Part shown: piece by piece, positions 56,487 to 64,000 of the stretch | Position numbering within the stretch: position 1 is the stretch's first letter | Layout: each line of letters opens with the position of its first letter | Assembly (NCBI GenBank): GCA_015058015.1 | Contig: SVDM01000004.1 | Coordinates: 105,501-169,500 of the forward strand | From: Lachnospiraceae bacterium | Lineage (GTDB): Bacteria; Bacillota; Clostridia; Lachnospirales; Lachnospiraceae | Reading direction: 5' to 3' | Length of the DNA stretch: 64,000 nt | The notes under the pieces: generated by a model | What the model was told of the DNA's origin: nothing | The model's input: only the letters and a program-made list of their open reading frames with translations | The model's database searches: none | Made by a program: the position numbers and the translations under genes

Positions 56487-56675
56487 ATGTGTTTAGCAAC
56501 AGCTTATAAGAATAAAGAGACAAAAGAGCAGATTATTTGCGAGAATATTACTAAGATTCTTATCGACGGAGATAATATTACAATGCTTGATATTTTAGGT
56601 GATGAGATAAAGGTTGAAGGAAAGATTTCAATGGTAGACCTTACCAAGAGTGTTGTTATTATCGATGCGGCTTAA
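56487..56675 (+). CDS. cooT: CooT-family small nickel-binding protein
   Basis: ATG 56487 lies 8 nt after ggagg and gives a 62-aa protein starting MCLA. Cys2 is the Ni ligand in characterised CooT. The size and alternating beta-strand pattern fit CooT. Confidence 0.65.
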   Translation: MCLATAYKNKETKEQIICENITKILIDGDNITMLDILGDEIKVEGKISMVDLTKSVVIIDAA

Positions 56676-56704
56676 GAATATTTATTTAATGGAGATGAAG
56701 AATT

Positions 56705-57517
56705 ATGAAAGCTATTAAGAAGATTTTATCATTAGCACTTGTATGCGCAATGGTTGTAGCCCTTGGAGCATGCGGACAGAAAACAGAAGAAAAGAAGGCA
56801 GCTTCTATCACAGGACCTAAGGACTTAAACGGCAAGAAGGTTGGAGTTCAGACAGGAACCACAGGAGATATCTTTATATCGGATGATAAAGAATTACCGG
56901 ATGTTAAAGTGGAGCGTTTCAGCAAGGGTGCTGAAGCAGTACAGGCACTTTCACAGGGTAAACTTGATGCAGTTGTAATCGATAACGAACCTGCTAAGGC
57001 ATTTGTTAAAGAAGTAAAGGGACTTAAGATTCTTGATACAGAGTATGTTCAGGAAGATTATGCCATTGCAATCAAAAAAGACCGTGCTGACGGACTTAAG
57101 GATAAGATTAATAAGGCTTTGGCAGAGCTTAAAGCTGACGGAACTATAGACAAGATTGTTAGCTATTACATCTATGAAGATGAGAGCAAGCGTGGAGACA
57201 GATATGTACCTTCACAGGAAGCTAAAACCAACGGTAAGCTGGTTATGGCTACCAACGCTGCATTCCCTCCATACGAGTTTGTAGAAAGTCAGGAGATTGT
57301 GGGAATTGACGTTGACATTGCTTTGGCTATTGCTGATAAGCTTGGTATGGAACTTAAGATTGAGGATATGGAATTTGATTCAATCATCAGCGCTGTTCAG
57401 GCCGGAAAAGCTGACATCGGAGTTGCCGGAATGACGGTTACAGAAGACAGAAAGAAGAACGTTGATTTCTCTGATACATATTACACAGGACGTCAGGTAA
57501 TCATCGTTAAAGCGTAG
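56705..57517 (+). CDS. Polar amino-acid ABC transporter substrate-binding lipoprotein with circularly permuted domain order
   Basis: 270 aa with lipobox LGAC. The sequence starts with the segment that is normally C-terminal (LNGKKVGVQTGTTGD...DGTIDKIVSYY). It ends with the segment that is normally N-terminal (KLVMATNAAFPPYEF...GIDVDIALAIADKLG...DFSDTYY). Confidence 0.85.
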   Translation: MKAIKKILSLALVCAMVVALGACGQKTEEKKAASITGPKDLNGKKVGVQTGTTGDIFISDDKELPDVKVERFSKGAEAVQALSQGKLDAVVIDNEPAKAFVKEVKGLKILDTEYVQEDYAIAIKKDRADGLKDKINKALAELKADGTIDKIVSYYIYEDESKRGDRYVPSQEAKTNGKLVMATNAAFPPYEFVESQEIVGIDVDIALAIADKLGMELKIEDMEFDSIISAVQAGKADIGVAGMTVTEDRKKNVDFSDTYYTGRQVIIVKA

Positions 57518-57564
57518 ATTTTAGTCGAAGTTTTGCCCTCGATAAATAAATCGGGGGCATATCT

Positions 57565-58281
57565 TTGTTTATTGAATTGGAGGAAGAGCAAGTGGAACAG
57601 CTAGCAGAGAAATTTGTCCAGAACTTCATAGCCGATAACAGATGGCAGTATCTTGTTAACGGCCTTGGTGTTACATTAAGGGTGACATTTTTTGCATTGA
57701 TAATAGGTATTGTTCTCGGATTCTTAATAGGAGCCATAACGTCTACCAATAAGTTAAACGGCACATTGAAGATTCCCAATGCCATCTGCAAATTATATAT
57801 TACCATTATAAGAGGAACGCCTGTTGTAGTTCAGCTTCTTATAATTTATTTTGTAATATTCGGTGCTGTTGATATTGATAAGGTTACTGTTGCGGTATTG
57901 GCATTCGGTTTTAACTCTGCCGCATATGTTGCGGAGATATTCCGTTCGGGTATCATGTCCATAGACCCGGGTCAGTTCGAAGCGGGACGAAGCCTCGGAT
58001 TCAATTATATTGAGACCATGAGACATATTATTATGCCTCAGGCATTTAAGAATGTACTTCCTGCCCTTGGTAATGAGTTTATTGTATTGCTGAAGGAGAC
58101 TTCCGTTGCAGGCTATATTGCCCTGCAGGACCTTACCAAAGGCGGAGATATTATAAGGAGCCGTACATATGATGCATTTATGCCTCTTATTGCGGTAGCA
58201 CTTATCTACCTTGTTTTGGTTATTATCTTCCAGGCATTGGTTAATCGAATGGAGAGGAGGTTAAGAAGCAGTGACAGGTAG
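57565..58281 (+). CDS. Polar amino-acid ABC transporter permease
   Basis: 238 aa. The His/Glu/Gln/Arg-type permease signature region is [28 protein letters not shown]. The start is uncertain: TTG 57565, or in-frame GTG 57592 preceded by GGAGGA. Confidence 0.85.
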   Translation: MFIELEEEQVEQLAEKFVQNFIADNRWQYLVNGLGVTLRVTFFALIIGIVLGFLIGAITSTNKLNGTLKIPNAICKLYITIIRGTPVVVQLLIIYFVIFGAVDIDKVTVAVLAFGFNSAAYVAEIFRSGIMSIDPGQFEAGRSLGFNYIETMRHIIMPQAFKNVLPALGNEFIVLLKETSVAGYIALQDLTKGGDIIRSRTYDAFMPLIAVALIYLVLVIIFQALVNRMERRLRSSDR

Positions 58282-59014
58282 TGATGAAGTATTAATAAAG
58301 GTTGAGAATCTCTGCAAGGATTTCGGAGATCTCAAGGTTTTGAAAAATATCAACGAAGAGATCAAAAAGGGCGAGGTTGTGGTTATAGTCGGACCTTCGG
58401 GTTCAGGTAAATCCACCTTTCTTCGTTCATTAAATCTCTTAGAGAAGCCCACAAGCGGTCAGATCTTTTTTGAAGGGGACGACATAACAGATCCTAAGGT
58501 GGATCTTGATCTTCACAGGCAGAAGATGGGAATGGTGTTCCAGCACTTTAACCTTTTCCCGCATATGACCATTAAGAAGAATCTTACCATTGCCCCCATG
58601 AAGCTTTTGAAAAAGACTGAGAAAGAAGCCGAAGAGCGCGCTATGGAACTTTTACGAATGGTAGGGCTTGAGGATAAGGCGGATGGCTATCCGTCCCAGT
58701 TATCCGGTGGACAGAAACAACGTGTTGCAATTGTTCGTTCTCTTGCAATGAATCCGGATGTTATGCTTTTTGATGAGCCTACTTCAGCTTTAGACCCTGA
58801 GATGGTAGGCGAAGTATTGGAGATTATGAAGAAGCTGGCAGCTGACGGAATGACTATGGTTGTAGTAACTCATGAGATGGGATTTGCCAGAGAAGTGGCA
58901 GATAGGGTTTTATTTATGGCTGACGGGGAGATCTGTGAGCAGAATACTCCGGGTGACTTCTTCGACAACCCTCAGAATCCCAGATTACAGGATTTTCTTG
59001 CGAAGGTGTTATAA
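58271..59014 (+). CDS. Polar amino-acid ABC transporter ATP-binding protein
   Basis: 247 aa. GTG start overlaps the permease stop. Walker [10 protein letters not shown], signature [11 protein letters not shown] and Walker [12 protein letters not shown]. Confidence 0.93.
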   Translation: MTGSDEVLIKVENLCKDFGDLKVLKNINEEIKKGEVVVIVGPSGSGKSTFLRSLNLLEKPTSGQIFFEGDDITDPKVDLDLHRQKMGMVFQHFNLFPHMTIKKNLTIAPMKLLKKTEKEAEERAMELLRMVGLEDKADGYPSQLSGGQKQRVAIVRSLAMNPDVMLFDEPTSALDPEMVGEVLEIMKKLAADGMTMVVVTHEMGFAREVADRVLFMADGEICEQNTPGDFFDNPQNPRLQDFLAKVL

Positions 59015-59221
59015 ATGGGAGCTTTTGAAGATGCTTTACAAAACTTCGTAAAAGGATTTGCATACACAGGCGCGGTTAAACATTTGCTTAACCGCGGCTA
59101 TTCTGTTGAGCGCATAATGAAGGAATATGATTATCGCTTAAGCAGGGAAGAAATAGAAAAACTTGCGGAAGAAGTACGTCTTGAAAAAGAAAAAGAGGAC
59201 TCTTCCGATTCAGATAAGTAA
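59015..59221 (+). CDS. Hypothetical small protein (68 aa)
   Basis: The ATG abuts the stop of the ABC ATPase gene. Charged C-terminal tail. No domain recognised. Confidence 0.4.
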   Translation: MGAFEDALQNFVKGFAYTGAVKHLLNRGYSVERIMKEYDYRLSREEIEKLAEEVRLEKEKEDSSDSDK

Positions 59222-59236
59222 TAGGGAGAATTTTTA

Positions 59237-60823
59237 TTGGCTGATTATAAGAAAGAAATAGAAAGAAGAAGGACATTTGCCATCATATCACACCCGGATG
59301 CAGGTAAGACTACCTTGACAGAGAAGTTCCTGCTCTATGGAGGAGCCATTAATCTGGCAGGTTCTGTTAAGGGCAAGGCTACCGCAAGACATGCGGTGTC
59401 TGACTGGATGGAGATAGAAAAGCAGAGAGGTATCTCTGTTACATCCTCGGTTCTTCAGTTTGAATATGACGGATATTGCATTAATATCCTTGATACCCCG
59501 GGACACCAGGATTTCTCGGAGGATACATACAGAACCCTTATGGCTGCCGATTCTGCAGTAATGGTTATTGACGGCTCTAAAGGTGTAGAGGCACAGACCA
59601 GAAAGCTTTTTAAGGTTTGTGTTATGAGACACATCCCCATCTTTACCTTTATCAACAAGATGGATAGGGATGCTAATGACAGTTTTGATCTTTTAGATGA
59701 GATTGAGAATGAACTGGGAATAGCTACATGTCCCGTTAACTGGCCCATAGGCTCAGGTAAGGAGTTTAAGGGGGTTTACGACCGTAACACTAAAAAGGTT
59801 ACCACCTTTTCCGATACGCAAAAAGGTACCAAGGAAGGCGAAACTAAGATAATAGATGTGGACAGCGATGAGCTCTTAGGCGAGATTGGTGAAGAAGCAA
59901 GGGCTAAGCTTTTAGAGGAAATCGAGCTTCTTGACGGCGCTGGTGCCGAGTTTGATCAGGAACTTGTAAGTAAAGGAGAATTATCTCCCGTCTTCTTCGG
60001 TTCGGCTCTTACCAACTTCGGTGTGGAGAATTTCCTGAAGCATTTCCTTCAGATGACCACATCTCCCCTTCCCAGAAAAGCCGATGAGGGAGTGATAGAC
60101 CCCTTTAGCGAAGACTTTTCCGCATTCGTATTCAAGATTCAGGCTAATATGAACAAGGCCCACAGAGACAGAGTTGCATTTATGCGAATCTGCTCCGGGG
60201 TATTTGATCCTGAAAAGGAAGTAAATCATATTCAGGGGGGTAAGAAGATTAAGCTTTCTCAGCCCCAACAGATAATGGCTTCAGAACGTAAGCTCCTTAC
60301 CGAAGCCTATGCGGGAGATATTATCGGAGTGTTTGATCCCGGAATCTTTTCCATAGGAGATACATTATGCGGCGGCAAGCAGAATTTCAAGTTTGAAGGT
60401 ATACCAACCTTTGCTCCTGAACATTTTGCCAGAGTGCGTCAGGTTGATACTATGAAACGTAAGCAGTTTATAAAGGGTATCACCCAGATTGCCCAGGAGG
60501 GTGCAATTCAGATCTTCCAGGAGTATAATACAGGTATGGAAGAAATAATTGTCGGCGTAGTCGGCGTCCTCCAGTTCGACGTATTGAAGTTCCGTTTAGA
60601 GAATGAATACAATGTTGAAATCAAGATGGAGAACCTTCCCTATGAGCATATCAGATGGATTGAAAATGAAGGCATCGACCTTGATAAGATAAGCGGTACT
60701 TCTGATATGAAGAAGATTAAAGACTTAAAGGGCAATCCCTTACTTCTCTTTGTGAATGCATGGAGTGTGGGAATGACATTGGAACGTAACGAAGGACTTG
60801 TTTTATCCGAATTCGGAAGATAG
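59237..60823 (+). CDS. prfC: Peptide chain release factor 3
   Basis: 528 aa with a TTG start after agggaga. Translational GTPase motifs are AIISHPDAGKTT, DTPGHQDF and NKMD. RF3-type C-terminus. Confidence 0.95.
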   Translation: MADYKKEIERRRTFAIISHPDAGKTTLTEKFLLYGGAINLAGSVKGKATARHAVSDWMEIEKQRGISVTSSVLQFEYDGYCINILDTPGHQDFSEDTYRTLMAADSAVMVIDGSKGVEAQTRKLFKVCVMRHIPIFTFINKMDRDANDSFDLLDEIENELGIATCPVNWPIGSGKEFKGVYDRNTKKVTTFSDTQKGTKEGETKIIDVDSDELLGEIGEEARAKLLEEIELLDGAGAEFDQELVSKGELSPVFFGSALTNFGVENFLKHFLQMTTSPLPRKADEGVIDPFSEDFSAFVFKIQANMNKAHRDRVAFMRICSGVFDPEKEVNHIQGGKKIKLSQPQQIMASERKLLTEAYAGDIIGVFDPGIFSIGDTLCGGKQNFKFEGIPTFAPEHFARVRQVDTMKRKQFIKGITQIAQEGAIQIFQEYNTGMEEIIVGVVGVLQFDVLKFRLENEYNVEIKMENLPYEHIRWIENEGIDLDKISGTSDMKKIKDLKGNPLLLFVNAWSVGMTLERNEGLVLSEFGR

Positions 60824-60832
60824 GAGCGGCCT

Positions 60833-60967
60833 ATGGTTTGGAATATTGTAAGGTTAGTATTGTTGATAGCAATCGTTGCAGGGGCATTTATCGTCTTTGC
60901 CTGGTACAATGTCAAGAATAAAGACAGAAATCATGATGATGATATTGATGTGCATGATTTCTCATAA
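60833..60967 (+). CDS. Possible small membrane protein (44 aa, below the ORF-track cutoff)
   Basis: ATG lies 6 nt after GGAG. The translation is MVWNIVRLVLLIAIVAGAFIVFAWYNVKNKDRNHDDDIDVHDFS: one TM helix plus a charged tail. Confidence 0.3.
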   Translation: MVWNIVRLVLLIAIVAGAFIVFAWYNVKNKDRNHDDDIDVHDFS

Positions 60968-61081
60968 ATGGAAGATAATGGTTGAATGGGCGAGGGATAT
61001 GTGATATCATATCCTCGTCCTTATTTTTTGCCGTTTAGTCATTGCATGACGAACAAACTTTCGATTTTTTATAAAAATGTA

Positions 61082-61110
61082 TTGACAGCGTTTTTTAAGT
61101 ATACTATCAT
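61082..61110 (+). promoter_or_regulatory. Sigma-A promoter of recA
   Basis: TTGACA (61082-61087), 17 nt spacer, TATCAT (61105-61110). Confidence 0.6.
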
Positions 61111-61121
61111 AATTTATGGAA

Positions 61122-61135
61122 CGAACATTCGTTCG
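61122..61135 (+). promoter_or_regulatory. LexA (DinR) SOS box
   Basis: CGAACATTCGTTCG matches the Gram-positive consensus CGAAC-N4-GTTCG. It sits just downstream of the -10 of recA. Confidence 0.75.
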
Positions 61136-61163
61136 TTCGACTCGAATACGGAGGAGAATATTT

Positions 61164-62198
61164 ATGGCAAAAGATAATGTTAACGAGGATAAATTAAGAG
61201 CACTGGAGGCTGCAGTCTCCAAGATTGAGAAGGATTTCGGTAAGGGATCCATTATGAAACTGGGAGATGCTTCGGCACATATGAATGTAGAGACTGTTCC
61301 TACAGGTTCCCTTAGCCTTGATGCGGCTTTGGGCATGGGAGGTATCCCCAAGGGAAGAATTATAGAGATATACGGACCGGAGTCTTCAGGTAAGACAACG
61401 GTTGCTCTTCATATGGTGGCAGAGATTCAAAAGAGAGGCGGTATCGCAGGCTTTATTGATGCGGAACATGCATTAGACCCCGCATATGCTAAGAATATCG
61501 GTGTTAATATCGACGAATTGTATATTTCTCAGCCGGATAATGGTGAGCAGGCCCTTGAGATCGCGGATACCATGGTTAGGTCCGGAGCCATCGATATTAT
61601 AATTATAGACTCTGTTGCAGCACTTGTTCCCAAGTCTGAGATTGACGGAGAGATGGGAGATTCCCACATGGGACAGCAGGCAAGACTTATGTCTCAGGCC
61701 CTTAGAAAGATGACGGCTCAGGCTAACAAGTCTGATTGTATCATCATCTTTATCAACCAGTTGCGTGAAAAGATCGGTGTAATGTTCGGTAATCCCGAGA
61801 CCACTACAGGCGGACGCGCGTTGAAGTTCTACGCCTCTATTCGACTTGATGTAAGACGTATCGAATCCTTAAAACAGGGCGGAGAAGTAATCGGCAACAG
61901 GACAAGAATCAAAGTTGTTAAGAATAAGATTGCGCCTCCATTTAAGGAAGCTGAGTTTGATATCATGTTTGGTAAGGGAATCTCAAAAGAGGGAGATTTA
62001 CTTGATCTTGCCTCTGATTACGATATTGTTAATAAGAGCGGAGCCTGGTATGCATACAATGGAGAGAAGATTGGACAGGGCCGCGAGAATGCCAAGAAAT
62101 ATCTGGTGGAGAATCCGGCAGTTGCAGAAGAAATTGATGCAAAGGTTAGAGCCAAACTCGGACTTGTTCCTGAAGAGGCTTCAGAAGCAGAAGAATAG
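61164..62198 (+). CDS. recA: Recombinase RecA
   Basis: ATG 61164 follows ggaggag; the track start at 61116 would read through the SOS box. [20 protein letters not shown] and [11 protein letters not shown] are present. Confidence 0.97.
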   Translation: MAKDNVNEDKLRALEAAVSKIEKDFGKGSIMKLGDASAHMNVETVPTGSLSLDAALGMGGIPKGRIIEIYGPESSGKTTVALHMVAEIQKRGGIAGFIDAEHALDPAYAKNIGVNIDELYISQPDNGEQALEIADTMVRSGAIDIIIIDSVAALVPKSEIDGEMGDSHMGQQARLMSQALRKMTAQANKSDCIIIFINQLREKIGVMFGNPETTTGGRALKFYASIRLDVRRIESLKQGGEVIGNRTRIKVVKNKIAPPFKEAEFDIMFGKGISKEGDLLDLASDYDIVNKSGAWYAYNGEKIGQGRENAKKYLVENPAVAEEIDAKVRAKLGLVPEEASEAEE

Positions 62199-62251
62199 TG
62201 AAATATTCAATATTTTATATTGAATATTGAGGAATACCCCGTCTACACCGC

Positions 62252-62280
62252 TTGACAGCCCTTTAAAAAAAGTTTAAAAT
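62252..62280 (+). promoter_or_regulatory. Candidate sigma-A promoter of rny
   Basis: TTGACA, 17 nt spacer, TAAAAT. Confidence 0.55.
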
Positions 62281-62327
62281 TTATTTGTTGTAATTGTACA
62301 ATGAAAATAAAATAAGGAGGTGCTCCT

Positions 62328-63887
62328 GTGCCCATAGAAGCAATAATTATTCTCGTAGTTGCGATTATTGCTGTGGTATTGGCGATTCTCATCACCCGAA
62401 GCGCTACCTTGAAGGCTAAAGAAAAGGCTGACAAAGAGAAGGTAGACAGTGCCGAACATAAGGCAAGAGAGATTATAGATGAAGCTCTCAGGGTTGCAGA
62501 GACTAAGAAGCGTGAAGCACTTTTAGAGGCTAAAGAAGAGGCTCTTAAGAATAAAAATGACTTCGATAAAGAAGTTAAAGAACGTCGTAATGAACTTCAG
62601 AAATTCGAAAGACGTGTTCTTCAGAAAGAAGAGAACCTTGATAAGAAGCTTGAGTCTATTGAGAAGCGCGAAGCAGACTTCGCAAGAAGAGAAGAGGAAA
62701 TTAAGAAGCAAAAAGCAGATATTTCCGAATTACATCAGCAGAGAGTACAGGAACTTGAACGAATCTCAGGATTAACCTCCGAACAAGCAAAAGATTATCT
62801 TTTAAAAATTGTTGAAGAAGACATTAAACATGATACCGCAAAGATGATTAAAGAATATGAAGCCCAGGCTAAAGATGAGGCTTCCAAGAAAGCTCGTGAC
62901 TATGTTGTTACAGCTATTCAGAAATGCGCGGCAGATCATGTGGCTGAGACTACTATTTCAGTAGTACAGCTTCCGAATGACGAAATGAAGGGCAGAATTA
63001 TCGGTAGAGAGGGACGTAACATCAGAACTCTTGAGACCATGACCGGCGTAGATCTTATTATTGATGATACTCCGGAAGCAGTTATTCTGTCAGGGTTTGA
63101 TCCCATTAGAAGAGAAGTAGCCAGAATTGCTCTTGAGAAGCTTATCGTTGATGGAAGAATCCATCCGGCAAGAATCGAAGAGATGGTTGAAAAGGCTCAA
63201 AAAGAAGTAGAAGTAATGATGAGGGAAGAAGGAGAAGCCGCTACTCTTGAAGTCGGTGTACACGGCATTCACCCTGAACTTGTAAAATTACTTGGAAAGA
63301 TGAAATTCAGATCAAGCTACGGTCAGAATGCTTTGAAGCATTCTATAGAGGTAGCGCATCTGTCAGGACTGTTGGCTGCAGAAGTCGGTATCGACGTTCG
63401 TACAGCTAAACGTGCCGGATTGTTACATGATATCGGTAAGTCCTTAGACCACGAGATGGAAGGAACGCATATTCAGATTGGTGTTGATCTTTGTCGTAAG
63501 TACAAAGAGTCACCTATCGTTATTAATGCAGTTGAAGCCCATCACGGAGATGTGGATCCCGAGTCCCTGTGCGCATGCATAGTACAGGCTGCAGATACTA
63601 TATCAGCAGCAAGACCCGGTGCAAGAAGAGAGACTTTAGAGACCTATACCAACAGACTTAAACAATTAGAAGAGATAACCAATTCCTATAAGGGAGTTGA
63701 TAAATCATTTGCTATTCAGGCAGGTAGAGAGATTCGTGTTATGGTAGTTCCGGAACAGGTTACTGATGATGACATGGTAATTATGGCAAGAGATATTTCT
63801 AAGCAGATTGAAGCGGAGCTTGAATATCCGGGCCAGATTAAGGTTAATGTAATTAGGGAATCTCGAGCAATCGAGTATGCTAAATAG
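62328..63887 (+). CDS. rny: Ribonuclease Y
   Basis: 519 aa with a GTG start after aaggagg. N-terminal TM helix, coiled coil, KH domain ([12 protein letters not shown]) and HD domain (LLHDIGK, HHGD). Confidence 0.95.
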   Translation: MPIEAIIILVVAIIAVVLAILITRSATLKAKEKADKEKVDSAEHKAREIIDEALRVAETKKREALLEAKEEALKNKNDFDKEVKERRNELQKFERRVLQKEENLDKKLESIEKREADFARREEEIKKQKADISELHQQRVQELERISGLTSEQAKDYLLKIVEEDIKHDTAKMIKEYEAQAKDEASKKARDYVVTAIQKCAADHVAETTISVVQLPNDEMKGRIIGREGRNIRTLETMTGVDLIIDDTPEAVILSGFDPIRREVARIALEKLIVDGRIHPARIEEMVEKAQKEVEVMMREEGEAATLEVGVHGIHPELVKLLGKMKFRSSYGQNALKHSIEVAHLSGLLAAEVGIDVRTAKRAGLLHDIGKSLDHEMEGTHIQIGVDLCRKYKESPIVINAVEAHHGDVDPESLCACIVQAADTISAARPGARRETLETYTNRLKQLEEITNSYKGVDKSFAIQAGREIRVMVVPEQVTDDDMVIMARDISKQIEAELEYPGQIKVNVIRESRAIEYAK

Positions 63888-63912
63888 ATTCATTTTAATC
63901 ATTTAAGGAAGA

Positions 63913-63950
63913 AAGCAGCAAGGCGTAATAGTCTTGCTGCTTATTTTTTT
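63913..63950 (+). terminator. Rho-independent terminator after rny
   Basis: aagcagcaag / cttgctgctt stem followed by ATTTTTTT. Confidence 0.85.
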
Positions 63951-64000
63951 CCAAAAAGGAAAAAGAAATGCTTCTTGCTTCAAAATATGAATAATTAAAG

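Noticed and set aside
62202-62228. AT-only 12-bp hairpin after recA, considered as a terminator.
   Set aside because: The stem is entirely A/T with no following T-run, so its stability and function are doubtful. I did not list it as a feature.
1-64000. Whole-window check for a mobile element, prophage, genomic island or defence system.
   Set aside because: I recognised no integrase, transposase, recombinase, tRNA attachment site, terminal inverted repeats, or defence-type domains (nucleases, helicases, methyltransferases). Apart from the adhesin pair, the gene content is housekeeping and central metabolism.

Overview
The window looks like core chromosome from a low to moderate GC member of the Clostridia. 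Gene content and order fit a motile, Lachnospiraceae-like acetogen, but the taxon is an inference. Nearly all genes are on the + strand.

Gene order, left to right:
- The end of a chemotaxis/flagellar operon: cheA (3' part), cheW, cheC, cheD, a small acidic membrane protein, fliA/sigD, a FapA/DUF342 protein and three unknown genes.
- rpsB and tsf.
- Two tandem paralogous giant Cna/collagen-binding-type surface adhesins.
- An aldo/keto reductase fused to a ferredoxin domain.
- A C1/folate group: fhs, fchA and gcvH on the + strand; a C40 lipoprotein, 5-formyl-THF cyclo-ligase and lplA on the - strand.
- A polysaccharide deacetylase and a bactofilin.
- The conserved block pyrH-frr-uppS-cdsA-dxr-rseP-ispG-polC.
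- Two small unknown genes.
- A Wood-Ljungdahl carbonyl-branch cluster: cooC-acsA-cooC-acsB-acsB-acsD-acsC-acsE-DUF3786-RACo.
- A second pterin methyltransferase plus a corrinoid protein.
- A compact His/Cys-rich metal module: a His-rich CsoR/InrS-like repressor, a Cys-rich protein, a His-rich protein and CooT.
- A polar amino-acid ABC transporter, prfC, recA with a LexA box, and rny.

I recognised no rRNA, tRNA, CRISPR array, transposase or integrase.

Most worth following up:
1. A putative nickel-sensing and nickel-delivery module (CooT/CooJ-like) beside the CODH/ACS genes.
2. Tandem acsB paralogues with diverged N-terminal domains and near-identical catalytic domains.
3. An unclassified multi-hairpin element of about 150 nt. 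It occurs at two intergenic sites, both next to nickel-related genes, and its stems differ in sequence while keeping their pairing.
4. CCC-ATA-GGG palindromes shared by the fhs leader and the acs promoter.
5. A circularly permuted amino-acid binding protein.

All calls come from reading the translations and sequence by eye. No database search was run.
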